Positions 11,573-24,230 of a stretch of DNA of 40,724 bases are shown here, piece by piece (the stretch's first letter is position 1; every line of letters starts with the position of its first letter). Below the pieces are notes generated by a model, which worked only from the letters and a program-made list of their open reading frames with translations, ran no database searches and was not told where the DNA came from. Source of the DNA: Octopus sinensis (lineage: Eukaryota); NCBI RefSeq assembly GCF_006345805.1, contig NW_021835520.1:1-40724 (forward strand), read 5' to 3'. The position numbers were made by a program, and so were the translations under genes.

Positions 11573-11903
11573 TGTGTGCATATTACGAGGGTGTCGAAGG
11601 GAGGAATGTTCTTAACAGAATTCAAGACGATTGAAATGTAATAAAATGACAAGGATACATTCTGTTATGTTATGTATTTCTACAAAACAATACATTATCA
11701 TTTGTTTACATATTGACACTTATATTATTATAGCCACTTCAATATATGCATGTTATACTACATGTATATATGAGTGCATTTACAGATGTATATAAGGATA
11801 TGTATATATATATATGTGTGTGTGTGTGTATACGTAAATATCGAACGATAAAATGAGTGCTCAACACAGCATTGCTGGCTGTATAGTTTCTTCACAAATA
11901 AAG

Positions 11904-11986
<83 letters not shown>

Positions 11987-11992
<6 letters not shown>

Positions 11993-12092
11993 GTATCTGA
12001 GATACACCACCATGCCGAAATAGCAGTCAAAACCCTAGAGTCAGGGTTTTGACAGCTATTTCGACATGGTGGTGTGTCCCAGATACCCTTAT
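11987..12092. other. 106-bp hairpin / miniature inverted-repeat element
   Basis: 50-nt arms (11987-12036, 12043-12092) are 46/50 complementary with a 6-nt loop AGAGTC; adjacent to a long TA run. Confidence 0.85.
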
Positions 12093-12186
12093 TTATAGTT
12101 GTAAAAAGTATTACCTTTCTATGGTATTTATTCCCATGCTGGCCACTTGATAATATCGATATTTAAATATCGATATTATCCTTATT

Positions 12187-12225
<39 letters not shown>

Positions 12226-12309
12226 TATATATAAATAACAATTTAACAAATAAAACATATGAATACATGCATATATGTACATACCTACATCTATATGTAT
12301 ATATACATG

Positions 12310-12620
12310 CATATATGGGTACAGGATACCACAAAAAACGTAGAGCACAACGAGAAACGAAAACATAAAAACAAACAAGGAAACGGACATTTTTTAACAA
12401 CGAAAAAACAGAGTACAAGACAAACAATACAAGGAATATTCCCCTTCATCAGCTGCCCCTGGTTCGACTCAATGCGTGTTTCGGAGGTAAGGACAGAGGA
12501 AAGACCACTAAGTGGATTCCTTGTATGCTGAAGATAGACGCCAAATCGTCCTACCACGAAAGTTGTGTTTTCAAATAAGCAGTACGCTAGATGTTTGTTT
12601 GCAAGCATGACAAAGGAAAG
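12310..12620 (-). mobile_element. Unclassified repeat, possibly a Penelope-like terminus
   Basis: Minus strand has CCGAAACACGC and CTGATGAAGGGG motifs reminiscent of PLE ends; no coding sequence. Confidence 0.3.
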
Positions 12621-12848
12621 GAAAATTTTAAAAAGCAGTTAATTCCATAACTCGAAGTTTCACCATAAATAATTATGGCTCCTCAGTGCTGAATTCTATT
12701 CACTGCAGTTTTTTTTTTCTGGCTTGGCGCGCTAGTTGAAGACATTTGAAATCGGAATTGCGATGTATAATAGTGGAACTCTATACGCATATCTCTATAT
12801 ATATATATATGTGTGTGTCTGTGTGTGTATGTGTGTGTGTGTGTGTGT

Positions 12849-13157
12849 GGAGTCGCAACGGCACAGCAGTTAGGGCAGCGGACTCGCGCTCGTAGGATCG
12901 CGGTTTCGATTCCCAGTCCGGGCATTGTGAGTGTTTATTGAGCGAAAACACCTAAAGCCCCATGAGGGTCCAGCAGGGGGCGGGGTGATCCCTGCCGTAC
13001 TCTTTCGCCACAACTTCTTCTCACTCTTTCTTCTGTTGGCCTGCTCACTTAGCCAGCGGGGTGGCGTCATTTGAAGGCTAAAACAATGCGAAGCGCATTG
13101 TGACTAGCGATGTGTAGCAACATCTGATAGCCTGGTCGGTCACAGTGACACAGTGAT
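12849..13157 (+). mobile_element. tRNA-derived SINE family C
   Basis: GCACAGCAGTTAGGGCAGCGGACTCG...GGTTTCGATTCCC (B box), followed by a body containing TACTCTTTCGCCACAACTT. Confidence 0.75.
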
Positions 13158-13545
<388 letters not shown>

Positions 13546-13546
13546 T

Positions 13547-13628
13547 GAGTGGCTATGTGGTAAGTAGATGTAGGCGCAGGAGTGGCTGTGTGGTAAGCTT
13601 GCTTACCGACCACATGGTTCCGGGTTCA
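13547..13628 (+). mobile_element. SINE family A head fragment with duplicated 5' segment
   Basis: GAGTGGCTATGTGGTAAGTAG followed by AGGCGCAGGAGTGGCTGTGTGGTAAG...CCGGGTTCA, then truncated. Confidence 0.75.
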
Positions 13629-14884
13629 AATATATATATATATCAAGAACATTTTTTTTTCTTTTAGAAACGAACTTTAAAGCACCAAGTGAGATGGTAC
13701 TTTACAGAAAATAGTAGGAACCTCGAACGCAGGTGAATACAGCTTAGAAGATCGGATGAATAACTTTAGAAGACGGGCAAAATGTGACCAGCAAGAGGTA
13801 CAGTGTTCGCTTCTTTGTAGCGCTTTGCTGGATACGTATACTGCTTACAGTATAAGAATTTACCTACCATTATTACATTTGTGGAGGAAGAAATCACACG
13901 GAGTGGCGCTCAGCTGCGCACACAACAATTAACATCAATTTTATGGCGAATAAGAACCTAAAATTTTCAGGTCTTCCTACTTTCTTACTAGCGATATCCA
14001 AAATATTTTCCACGACACAATGGAAACGGTCTCATTATATCTAATAATAATCTTCCCTTAAGGGTAATTTTAAGAGTAATTTTAAGAACCAACTAATATT
14101 TTTTTATAATGTGGACAATTATCATACAACGCTTTCCTCGGTTTTATCAAGGCTACGAGTTTAGATGCGCTCATAACAAATTGTTGTTTTGAATTCCTTA
14201 GAAGTTTTAATGTAGTCTTAATCGGGAAATATTATTCAACCTTGAAGGTTGGATTGCCATATATGTTTAACCTTATGAATAATATCGAACCAGCCAGATA
14301 CTTATGCAGGGAACACTGCATGTTTTGTATACAAAATATCAAGGTGAAGAATAAAAGCGGGATCATATATATATATTTATATAAACACACATACATACAT
14401 GTATATATATATATATATACACGCGCATGTATGTATATATTCATAAATTCATTTAAATCGTTTTAGTTTAGAATCGGAACAGGAAAATAAAGGGAAAACA
14501 AAGAAAAATAGAAATCGGATTATAAGTTTATAAGATTAAATAGGATTACTATACGATTATTGTATTAAGAGGATTTGCCGATTACGTCTCGAGATATTTG
14601 GTTTACATATGTGATCCATCATAAATATTTGGTGTTAAGGAATAACTTGTTTTTGGTTATTATATAGAAATAAGAGTGCGAAGGGTGTAAGCGTTTGCTT
14701 TGAACATAGAGTATTTCAAAGCCAGAATTCTATTCCTAGATAAAACCAATTTATTAGCACTAAAACAGCTGCTGTTTCTAGGAAGGAATTGTCGTAAAGT
14801 TTTAATTATTTTTTTTCTATATTCCCTGTTTCATCAGGAATATGAAATGCAAAATTGCTTTCAAGTTTTCGTACAAGACCAGTA

Positions 14885-15067
14885 ATTTCAAGGGAGAGAT
14901 TTAGTCGATCACATTGACCCCAGAGCTCAACTGGTGCTATTTTTTTATCGATCCTGAAAGGCTGAGTCGACCTCGGCTGAATTTGAACTCACAACGTAAA
15001 GACAGACGAAATGTCGCCATGCATTTTGCCCGGCGTGCTAACGATTCTGCCAACTCGCCGCTGCCTT
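14885..15067 (-). mobile_element. SINE family B variant
   Basis: Diverged copy ending in CCCGGCGTGCTAACGATTCTGCCAACTCGCCG on the plus strand. Confidence 0.8.
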
Positions 15068-17075
15068 AGAAATACCCAAATATTGCAATATGTATTTGTC
15101 TTGAGTCCTACTGCTTGCGCCACGCCGTATCTCTGCTTGATGGTGATAATGATGATGATGATGATGATGATGACGATGACGGTGGAAGAAGAGGAGGAGG
15201 AGACAGAAAATGACCACGTTGACAATGGTGACGATGATGAAGCTGACGACGATAATAACGATGATGATGATGGTGATGATAACGATGATGATGATGATGG
15301 TGATGACGACGGCGAGGACGATGATGATGACGTCAGCAACAACGACGACGACGACGATACATAAAGGAATACAGGGAATGGAGGAAATGAGCTAAAGCAA
15401 GAAAACGGAAAAGAAGCTACGGGTTCGAATAATAGTCAGGAGAGGAACGATTAGACGCACAACTTAGAAGAGAAAGTCTCAACGCCTGTTAAAGAGAAAC
15501 GATGTCGAGAAAGGAGCAGAAAATACAAAAAAAAAAAACAAAGATTATTGATCGATAAGATGGGTTTGGGAAAACACAGAGGGTGGCAATGATAGATTCC
15601 TACATCGAGGGGATCATTTATGAAAAGGTCTGTGACTTTGATCATCACTTATGGGTGAAACTTTGTGAATTCTTTATTGTCCACAAGGGGCTACACACAG
15701 AGAGGGGATAAACAAGGACATACACACGGATTAAGTCGATTACATCGACCCCAGGGCGTAACTGGTACTTTATTTATCGACCCTGAAAGGATGAAAGGCA
15801 AAGTCGACCTTGGCGGAATTTGAACTCAGAACGCAGCGGCAGACGAAATACCTATTTATTTACTACCCACAAGGAGCTACACATAGAGGGGACAAACAAG
15901 GACAGACAAACGGATTAAGTCGATTATATCGACCCCAGTGAGTAACTGGTACTTATTTAATCGACCCCGAAAGGATGAAAGGCAAAAGTCGACCTCGGTG
16001 GAATTTGAACTCAGAACGTAACGGCAGACGAAATACGGCTACGCATTTCGCCCGGCGTGCTAACGATTCTGCCAACTCGCCGCTGCCTTAGAAATACCCA
16101 AATATTGCAATATGTATTTGTCTTGAGTCCTACTGCTTGCGCCACGCCGTATCTCTGCTTGATGGTGATAATGATGATGATGATGATGATGATGACGATG
16201 ACGGTGGAAGAAGAGGAGGAGGAGACAGAAAATGACCACGTTGACAATGGTGACGATGATGAAGCTGACGACGATAATAACGATGATGATGATGGTGATG
16301 ATAACGATGATGATGATGATGGTGATGACGACGGCGAGGACGATGATGATGACGTCAGCAACAACGACGACGACGACGACGATACATAAAGGAATACAGG
16401 GAATGGAGGAAATGAGCTAAAGCAAGAAAACGGAAAAAAGAAGCTACGGGTTCGAATAATAGTCAGGAGAGGAACGATTAGACGCACAACTTAGAAGAGA
16501 AAGTCTCAACGCCTGTTAAAGAGAAACGATGTCGAGAAAGGAGCAGAAAATACAAAAAAAAAAAACAAAGATTATTGATCGATAAGATGGGTTTGGGAAA
16601 ACACAGAGGGTGGCAATGATAGATTCCTACATCGAGGGGATCATTTATGAAAAGGTCTGTGACTTGATCATCACTTATGGGTGAAACTTTGTGAATTCTT
16701 TATTGTCCACAAGGGGCTACACACAGAGAGGGGATAAACAAGGACATACACACGGATTAAGTCGATTACATCGACCCCAGGGCGTAACTGGTACTTTATT
16801 TATCGACCCTGAAAGGATGAAAGGCAAAGTCGACCTTGGCGGAATTTGAACTCAGAACGCAGCGGCAGACGAAATACCTATTATTTACTACCCACAAGGA
16901 GCTACACATAGAGGGGACAAACAAGGACAGACAAACGGATTAAGTCGATTATATCGACCCCAGTGAGTAACTGGTACTTATTTAATCGACCCCGAAAGGA
17001 TGAAAGGCAAAAGTCGACCTCGGTGGAATTTGAACTCAGAACGTAACGGCAGACGAAATACGGCTACGCATTTCG
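15029..17075 (+). repeat. Tandem duplication of a ~1.02-kb unit (15029-16050, 16051-17075)
   Basis: The two units differ only by a few short indels in A/T runs and a GAC repeat. Each contains a (GAT)n block and a SINE B dimer. Confidence 0.95.
15667..16089 (-). mobile_element. SINE family B dimer (hybrid head)
   Basis: Same dimer junction. Its head and flank (GATTCTGCCAACTCGCCGCTGCCTTAGAAATACC) match the 14885-15067 SINE rather than the dimer at 16693. Confidence 0.9.
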
Positions 17076-17114
17076 CCCGGCGTGCTAACGTTTCTACCAG
17101 CTCGCCGCCTTTTG
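16693..17114 (-). mobile_element. SINE family B dimer with 15-bp TSD
   Basis: TGGGTGAAACTTTGT at 16678-16692 and 17115-17129 brackets both monomers. Confidence 0.92.
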
Positions 17115-17129
17115 TGGGTGAAACTTTGT

Positions 17130-18800
17130 CTAGATCTGTTCAAGATCTGTAGGCATCTTTAAGCAAATGCGAAGCGACATTAAACGGGAGAGTTACCATC
17201 AAGCGATATACGATTAGAAGCGCAGCTTGGGAATGAAGCTTAGCTTCCAAGAGGATGCACTCACTCGTATCTTGTTTGTAACAGCACGGATTCTCTTGAC
17301 GATTATTCTAAAAATACTTAAAGAAGTATATTCCCTGGGGAAGAAAAGGGGAAAAGTGAATCATATTCTTTTCATGGACGATTTAATGCTTTATGGCAAA
17401 GACAAGAATCAACTGTGAACCTTACGAATATTTAATATTGCCATTAATATAACATTCGGTATCTGGCGATGTGTTATGATAGAGATGAAAGGGGGAAAAT
17501 CATAAAAACTGCTGGAATGGATCTACCTGATTATGAGAATATAACATCCTTAACTGAAGAAGGAGCATAAAAGTATTTTGAAGCACTGGAACGTGATAAA
17601 ACTTTGGTAATAAATAAAAGAAGTCCTCAGTTTCGTAGAATTAAGGTTTTGAAATTCAAATTGAATGCGGGAAATGTCATACAAGCAATCAATTTGCAGG
17701 CAATATCACTAATAATGTATGAGGTATGAATCGTTGAGTAAAGAAAGGCTGAATTAAAGTATATTCACAGAAAGAGAAGATGCAGTTCATAATGCACAGA
17801 CGCCTGTTATTCCAATCGAATGTGGAGTGTTTCTAATGGATAAGAATAAAAGAAAGTTGAGTGTTAACGAGTGTTGAAGATGTAGAATTTAAAGAAGTGC
17901 AAGGCTGCATCTGAAAGGAAAGATTTTTCTTAATGAGATGAGTAGGGAATGGTTATTCGCAGAGTTAGTGGAGCCCATAGTGAAAGTAAAAGGAAAATTG
18001 GAAAATTTAGAAAAGAAAATGGAAAATCATGTTTTGAAGGAAAGGAGCATCATTAAATTTTGTTCAACAACACAGAAGATGAAATGGATGAGAAGGGGCG
18101 GCATCCTGCTTCGGTAAAAGAAAATGAGTCTTAAAGAAAGTGGCCGAAGGAATTATCTCAGCAATATAGAAAAGGGCTCTAAGGCGGGTGGTGGGATTGA
18201 ATCAAAACCAATAAGATATTCTTCACCCAAATGTAGCATATGCCACGAAAACTGTGGGATCTGTAACTTACATGGAATCGAAATGCCTAAAGTTTTTTCA
18301 AAAACAGTGCAAAAGGTTAAGACATCATAAAACTGCTGCTATAATTCTCTGGATTTATAGCAAGAGATTCGGTTTTGTACGTACAAAAAATTGATAGGAC
18401 CATTTTCTGGAAACATAATGTAAATCCTTGGAAACAATGAAATGTGGTCGTCATAAGTTTTTCCCATACGCAACGAATGCAGTATAGGACCTAACAAGGT
18501 GGATATTGTGGTCGTTGGTATGAAGATTGTGTGGCTTATACCTATTTGATACCAGAATCAAGGCGAAGCGAAAGTAGGGTATTTAACCGTTGTCGAATAT
18601 GATTTACTCAAATACTGGAATAAAGTTAACAAATTAATGAGTCTGTCAATTATCATTAGTGTATTGGATATGTGTGAAAAATTTGAGAGTAAACATTTGA
18701 AAAGCGATATCTTAATCTTAATCTGAAAGTTAGTGCAATGAAGATAACCTGTTTACTTGCATCGGTACGAATTATTTAGAAAGTTCTCGATACAATGAAA
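17130..18800 (+). mobile_element. Degenerate R4/Dong-clade LINE (RT, CCHC-like region, RLE end)
   Basis: FQEDALTRILFVT (GIFQGDSLSPLLF-like), VNHILFMDDLMLYGK (RT catalytic motif), a KCSICH...KRLRHHKTAAIILW region and a terminal LLASVRII.KVL; many stops and frameshifts. Confidence 0.8.
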
Positions 18801-19134
18801 GGACAAAAATAAGCAGCATAGAGGGACCTTGAATTAAAGGAAAGAGAAACTTTCCCATGTAAGACCACAAATAGCAGTCTGATAGGAAGTATAACTGGTT
18901 ACATTATCAATAGCACGTTACAACAGATAAATTAAAATAAAATGATAAAAGCTTTAGCATGTAATGCTAAAATATGGCATACAAAAGGCCAAGGAACATA
19001 TATAGAAGGTGGTGGGGGGCAAAAACATAATACAACAAGAAAACAGATTTAAATTTTAAGATTAATGTATATAAACAAATAAAAGTACATATCGATAAAC
19101 TGTAAATAGCCAGGAGGCCAAATCAATACACGTG

Positions 19135-19312
19135 GATCAACGCAATTATGTTCCCACACGGGTGACTAATTCTACGATGCTGAAAGAGGGTAGGACATGA
19201 AATTCTGGCAAAGGAAATAAACTATGCAAGAACCATCAGAGAGAATGTTCAAATTATTTCAGTAATAGTGGCAGAACCGAAAGAAATTGGGATTGGCCCG
19301 AATTTACTCAGG
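19135..19312 (+). repeat. Dispersed direct repeat copy 1 (partner 21294-21434)
   Basis: GATCAACGYAATTATGTTCCCACACGGGTGACTAATTCTACGATG...TTGGCCCGAATTTACTCAGG is shared; copy 1 has 37 extra bp. Confidence 0.8.
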
Positions 19313-19713
19313 AGGCGCAGCAGTAGCTGTGTGGTAAGTAGCTTGCTTACCAACCACATGGTTCTGGGTTCAGTCATACTACGTGGCACGCTGGGCAAGT
19401 GTCTTCTAATATAGCCTCGGGCCGACCAAAGCCTTATGAGTGGATTTGGTAGACGGAACCTGAAAGAAGCCCGTCGTATATGTGTATATATGTGTATATA
19501 TTTGTGTGTCTATGTTTGTCCCCCCTACATCGCTTGACAACCGATGCTGGTGTGTTTACGTCCCCGTAACTTAGCAGTTCGGCAAAAGAGACCGATAGAA
19601 TAGGTACTAGGCTTACAAAGAATAAGTCCTGGGGTCGATTTGCTCGACTAAAGGTGGTGCTCCAGCATGGCCACAGTCAAATGACTGAAACAAGTAAAGA
19701 AAGTAAAAGAGTA
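19313..19713 (+). mobile_element. SINE family A, full length
   Basis: AGGCGCAGCAGTAGCTGTGTGGTAAG...CTGGGCAAGTGTCTTCT...GGCCACAGTCAAATGACTGAAACAAGTAAAGAAAG. Confidence 0.92.
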
Positions 19714-20597
19714 ACAGAGCCACAAGAAAGGATCAGCGCATCCTACGACTCCGGTCGTCTTTAGTCCCGTACATCCTTGTCTCCCGATTGCAATCCTATA
19801 GATAGGGTTACCGTATCCCTGACTTTTTTCCCTCCACTGAACAGAAACTTCATAAGTGGGTTTTTGTTCCCTCTTCTTTTGCAAATGTTTTTTTTTTTTG
19901 GCACTGTGCTGCCAATATCCTGAATTTGTAGTTCGGTACGTGTGCGATGACCACGTAATCTTCTAGTGGTCAACAATACTTGGAGTTCTGAGTAGATCGC
20001 ATCTAACCAAATGATGTGGCACTTCCCTGCTCACCATGACAATAAGCCTAAGGTACATTAGTCTTAATGTCTGTTGCCATTCTCCCCGTGTTTCTAGTGG
20101 GGCACCCAGCAGGGGACATGCGTATAGTTGTGATTACTTTATCTCATCCGCAGTCTTAAACACCAGACATGCGCTCCTAATGCCCATTCTCAGCAGTTGG
20201 AATGCACATTCTGTCACACGTTTGCCAGAAATTCTGTCTGTCCCTTTTTTTCGAAGACATATGTGAGCTCTCCTTATTGCTTGAAAAACTCAGGTATGTT
20301 ACAAGCAGGAAAGAAGACTTACAGCAATTCAGTAACAGATCAGATTAAAGAATGGAATTCCAAAATGATAACGAAGACTACACCATAGAAAAAATCAATA
20401 CACAACCACGAAAAACAAACATACGTTTGTCCTCACACTTAACAAAGAAAACTAAGATACACGCGATAAAAGATGAAGTAGTTAACATTATGGACGATCT
20501 AGAACAGTAGAGTACAGCCACTCATCATTCGCAAGCAGGTACGGTTTGGGAGTATATACCATTATTTAACAAATAATATAAGGGGCTTATGTAGTTA

Positions 20598-21011
20598 TTT
20601 CTTTACTGCCCACAAAAGGCTAAACATAGAGGGGACAAACAAGGACAAACAAACGGATTAAGTCAATAATATCGACCCCAGTGCGTAACTGGTACTTAAT
20701 TTAACGACCCCGAAAGGATGAAAGGCAAAGCCGACCTCGGCGGAATTTTAACTCAGAACGTAACGGCAGACGAAATACCTATTTCTGTACTACCCACAAG
20801 AGGCTAAACACAGAGGGGACAAACAAGGACAGACACACGGATTAAGTCGATTATATCGACCCCGGTGCGTAACTGGTACTTATTTAATCGACTCCGAAAG
20901 GATGAAAGGCAAAGTCGACCTCGGCGGAATTTGAACTCAGAACGTAGCGGCAGGCGAAATACCGCTAAGCATTTCGCCCGGCGTGCTAACGTTTCCGCCA
21001 GCTCGCCGCCT
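20598..21011 (-). mobile_element. SINE family B dimer with a 53-bp flanking duplication
   Basis: Dimer junction CAGACGAAATACCTATTT; flanks 20545-20597 and 21012-21064 match at 49/53. Confidence 0.92.
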
Positions 21012-21293
21012 TTTGGGAGTATATACCATGATTTAACTAATAATATTAGGAGCTTATGTAGTTACGAACAGACACAGATACTCTCTCAGCCTCTTACAGT
21101 TGATTAGGCTGAAACAGCGTGATATGAAATACTTTGCTTAAATCCACAACGAGCTTGCAGTCCAAGAATTGAACCCACAACCACGGATCGTGAGCCAAAC
21201 GCATTTACACTCGACTAAGCATCTTTCCTAAGGACGCCATAACTGAAACCGTAGATTAAATATAGAAAAAAGAATACAGTATCAATGCATGTT

Positions 21294-21434
21294 GATCAAC
21301 GTAATTATGTTCCCACACGGGTGACTAATTCTACGATGTTGAAAGAGGGTAGGACAAGAAATTCTGGCATGGAAATAAACCATGCAAGCACTATCAGAGA
21401 GAAGGAAATTGGGTTTGGCCCGAATTTACTCAGG
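21294..21434 (+). repeat. Dispersed direct repeat copy 2 (partner 19135-19312)
   Basis: Same sequence as copy 1 without the 37-bp insert; lies just upstream of an R4/Dong remnant. Confidence 0.8.
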
Positions 21435-21459
21435 TCCTACTCGTCCAAATCATAAAAGT

Positions 21460-22420
21460 AAAAGAAAGAAAATATGCTGCGTAGAACTAGGGTAGGGGTA
21501 ATAGAGAAAAATCTGTTGTTACCTTGCGAAATTAAAGAAGAAGGGATCCATACAAAAGAATGATATCATGTAAAGGAAAAAGGCTACAGTAATCAAAAAG
21601 AATAATAATAAGTTAAGCAAATCATATCAGCAAAAACGTACAGGATGAGATTCTCTGGAAAACGTGACGCCATCTTCCAATGGGAAAAATTTATTTGAAT
21701 TGAATAACAAAAGATTTTACGGGGAAATTAACAAAGAATATTACTCTGAGGGACACTCCAACAGAATTTGAAGCATGCTGGATTGGAATAGGGAACAAAA
21801 GCATTTAACATTGTAAAGCATATTGCACAATGGATCAAAAAGAAACAGGTAAAAATATAGTGGCGTAGCAAACATGGACGAAAAGAAAGTCATCAAGATA
21901 TTAAGAACGGCAAGCATTTGGAAATCCCTTGGGTTTGACACGATTTCGAATATCTGGTTGAAGTATTTGATTAATACTCTTGGATATGTGGTAGCGGGAT
22001 TCAATAAATTGATGATCAGATGAAAGCAGTTACCTGAATGAAAGCTTGAGAGGAAAACAACGTAGTGTTTTTTGTTTTTTTTTAACAAAATACCAGAGAC
22101 ACCCAAAACTACTGTTCTATGACATATTTACCAACAATATACAAAGCGTTTACATCAATATTCTACAACGAACATTACGTCCATAATTTACAGGTTGGTT
22201 ACTCACCTGGAGAAAAAGAAGAGAAAATGTAAGTTGGGAAAGGATAAGTTATTGCAAAGAATGACTGCTTGCGAATGTGGTTATTATAGGAGAGAAGAAA
22301 AAGCGGGAAAGAAACCATTGCATGGTATGGATTGATTGCTGAAAACCATCTAACAGTACTCGGTGAAAATATATAAAACTAAAGTATCAAAGTTATTAAG
22401 GTTGCCTGTCAAAGGGGCAA
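21460..22420 (+). mobile_element. Highly degenerate R4/Dong-clade LINE (N-terminal RT region)
   Basis: WKSLGFDTISNIWLKYL (WKAPGPD..FWLK-like), a TYLPTIYKAFTSI segment (NYRPITCLPTxYK-like) and an AWYGLIA/WID..K-like region. Confidence 0.55.
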
Positions 22421-22666
22421 TGTTTTTATTTCACTCCCTTCGAGTTTCTATCCCTAATAGTGGTTTTGACTTTAGCTGTTCCTTCTTGCGTGAAAGGAAT
22501 CCTATGACGAATACCTCTTATGTGTTTAAATGCACACTGTATTTATATGAATAATATATAGTCGATTGACTAATTTTCCTACACGCTAGGCCACAGGTAG
22601 TAAAAATTTCTAAAATCTTTATTACCCTGATATTATTAATTATGTGTGTGTGTGTGTGTGTGGTGT

Positions 22667-22875
22667 GTATTCTTTTATTCTGTTACTTGTTTCAGTCATT
22701 TGACAGCGGCCATACTGGAGCACCACCTTTAGTCGATGAAATCGACTCCAGGACGTATTCTTTGCAAGCTTAGTCCTTTTTCTATCGGTCTCTTTTACCG
22801 AACCTCTAAGTTACGGGGGCGAAAACACATGAACATCGGTTGTCAAGCGATGGTGGCGGGGACTAACACAGATAA

Positions 22876-22969
<94 letters not shown>

Positions 22970-22990
22970 GTATATGTATATATATATATG
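22667..22990 (-). mobile_element. SINE family A 3' half (split by a LINE)
   Basis: TTACTTGTTTCAGTCATTTGACAGCGGCC... through the internal CA/TA tract. Confidence 0.85.
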
Positions 22991-24230
22991 TAAACTTCGA
23001 TAAACTTAAATATGTTTCGACCAAAGATTGCTCCAGGCCATGTCTAACTTAATAGCACCACCTGATAGGATTATTCGAATCCTGTTTAAGTCAAGTTTTG
23101 TTCAAGTAGTGAGTTCTTGTTGGGTGAGTTGTATCCAGTTTTGTTCAAGTAGTGAGTTCTTGTTGGGTGAGTTGTATCCAATTATGGGTGGCTTATCTGG
23201 TATTCTTTGAAGGAATCTATCCAGACTCTGTTTAAAGTTGATGGGATCCTTTCCTCTTTGATCTCTCTCGGGACAATGTTAAATAGGGCAGGGCCTGTTG
23301 AGGAAAAGAAATTATGTTGCAGTGTACATGTATGTTGTGATTTTGAATTGAGCAGGGGACGTATAGCCCGTGGTCCAAGTCTTGGATGAACCTTGAAGCT
23401 AATGTTTAAGTCGTTTGGGCATAGTTTGCGGTATATTCTCCACATCGTACTAATGATGTACCGCTCACGGCGACGCTGGAGGGAGTAAAGTTTCAAGGCT
23501 TTAAGGCGATCCCAATAATCGAGAGCAGCCATGCCTTCAATTCGTTTAGTGAGTGCCCTCTGGGGTGACTCAATTCTGGAGATGTTTTGTCTTGTGTGAG
23601 GAGACCACAGTGGGCAGCAGTATTCAAGGTGTGGCCGTACAAAGGAGGAAAAAAGTGGTATGATGACACCTTGTTCTCTGGACCGGAAAGTTCTTAAGAT
23701 CCAGGAACTCATCCTACGAGCTATATCGACCTTCTTGAAGATGTGTGCACTCCAACTGAGATCGTCATCAACAATTACACCCAGGTCTCTGATATTGTTA
23801 GAGGCTGTGAGCGGTTCCCCTGAAGGAAGAGAGTATGGCTGTCTTAGTGAGGAGTTTCTTCCAAAATGCATCAGCTCAAATTTTCCCTCGTTCAGTTGCA
23901 TTTTGTTTCTGTCTGCCCATTGACTCACAGCATATAGATCAGACTGGAGTTGAGTTCGGTCTGCTTCTTCATTGACGATTTGCTGGAGCTTGGTGTCATC
24001 AGCAAATATTTTCAATTTGCAGTAATGTACGACACTGGAAAGGTCGTTTATGTAGATTATGAAGAGTAGCGGACCCAAGACAGTCCCCTGGGGGACACCG
24101 CTGGTGAATTTTGCTGGGCTTGAGTGGACTCCTTCAACTACAACATGTTGTGTTCTATTCGCCAGGAAATACTTGATCCAGTGTAGAACTTTTCCACGGA
24201 TTCCAACATTTGCCAATTTTGAGAGTAGGA
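22991..24230 (-). mobile_element. CR1/L2-type (CR1-superfamily) LINE, 5'-truncated, nearly intact RT fragment
   Basis: SGVPQGTVLGPLLFIIYINDL, IFADDTKL, RDLGVIVDDDLSW, VRPHLEYCCPLWSP and RRERY motifs. One frameshift near 23250 restores KQSLDRFLQRIPDKPPIIGYNSPNKNSLLEQ. A 43-bp tandem duplication lies at 23094-23179. Confidence 0.92.
23182..24230 (-). pseudogene. Reverse transcriptase (LINE ORF2) fragment
   Basis: Part of supplied ORF 23182..24279. Its first ~16 codons are SINE and microsatellite sequence, so there is no native start and no endonuclease. Confidence 0.85.

Noticed and set aside
12430-12490. CUGAUGA on the minus strand as a third hammerhead
   Set aside because: A stem II-like hairpin follows, but there is no GAAA after it and no stem I/III pairing.
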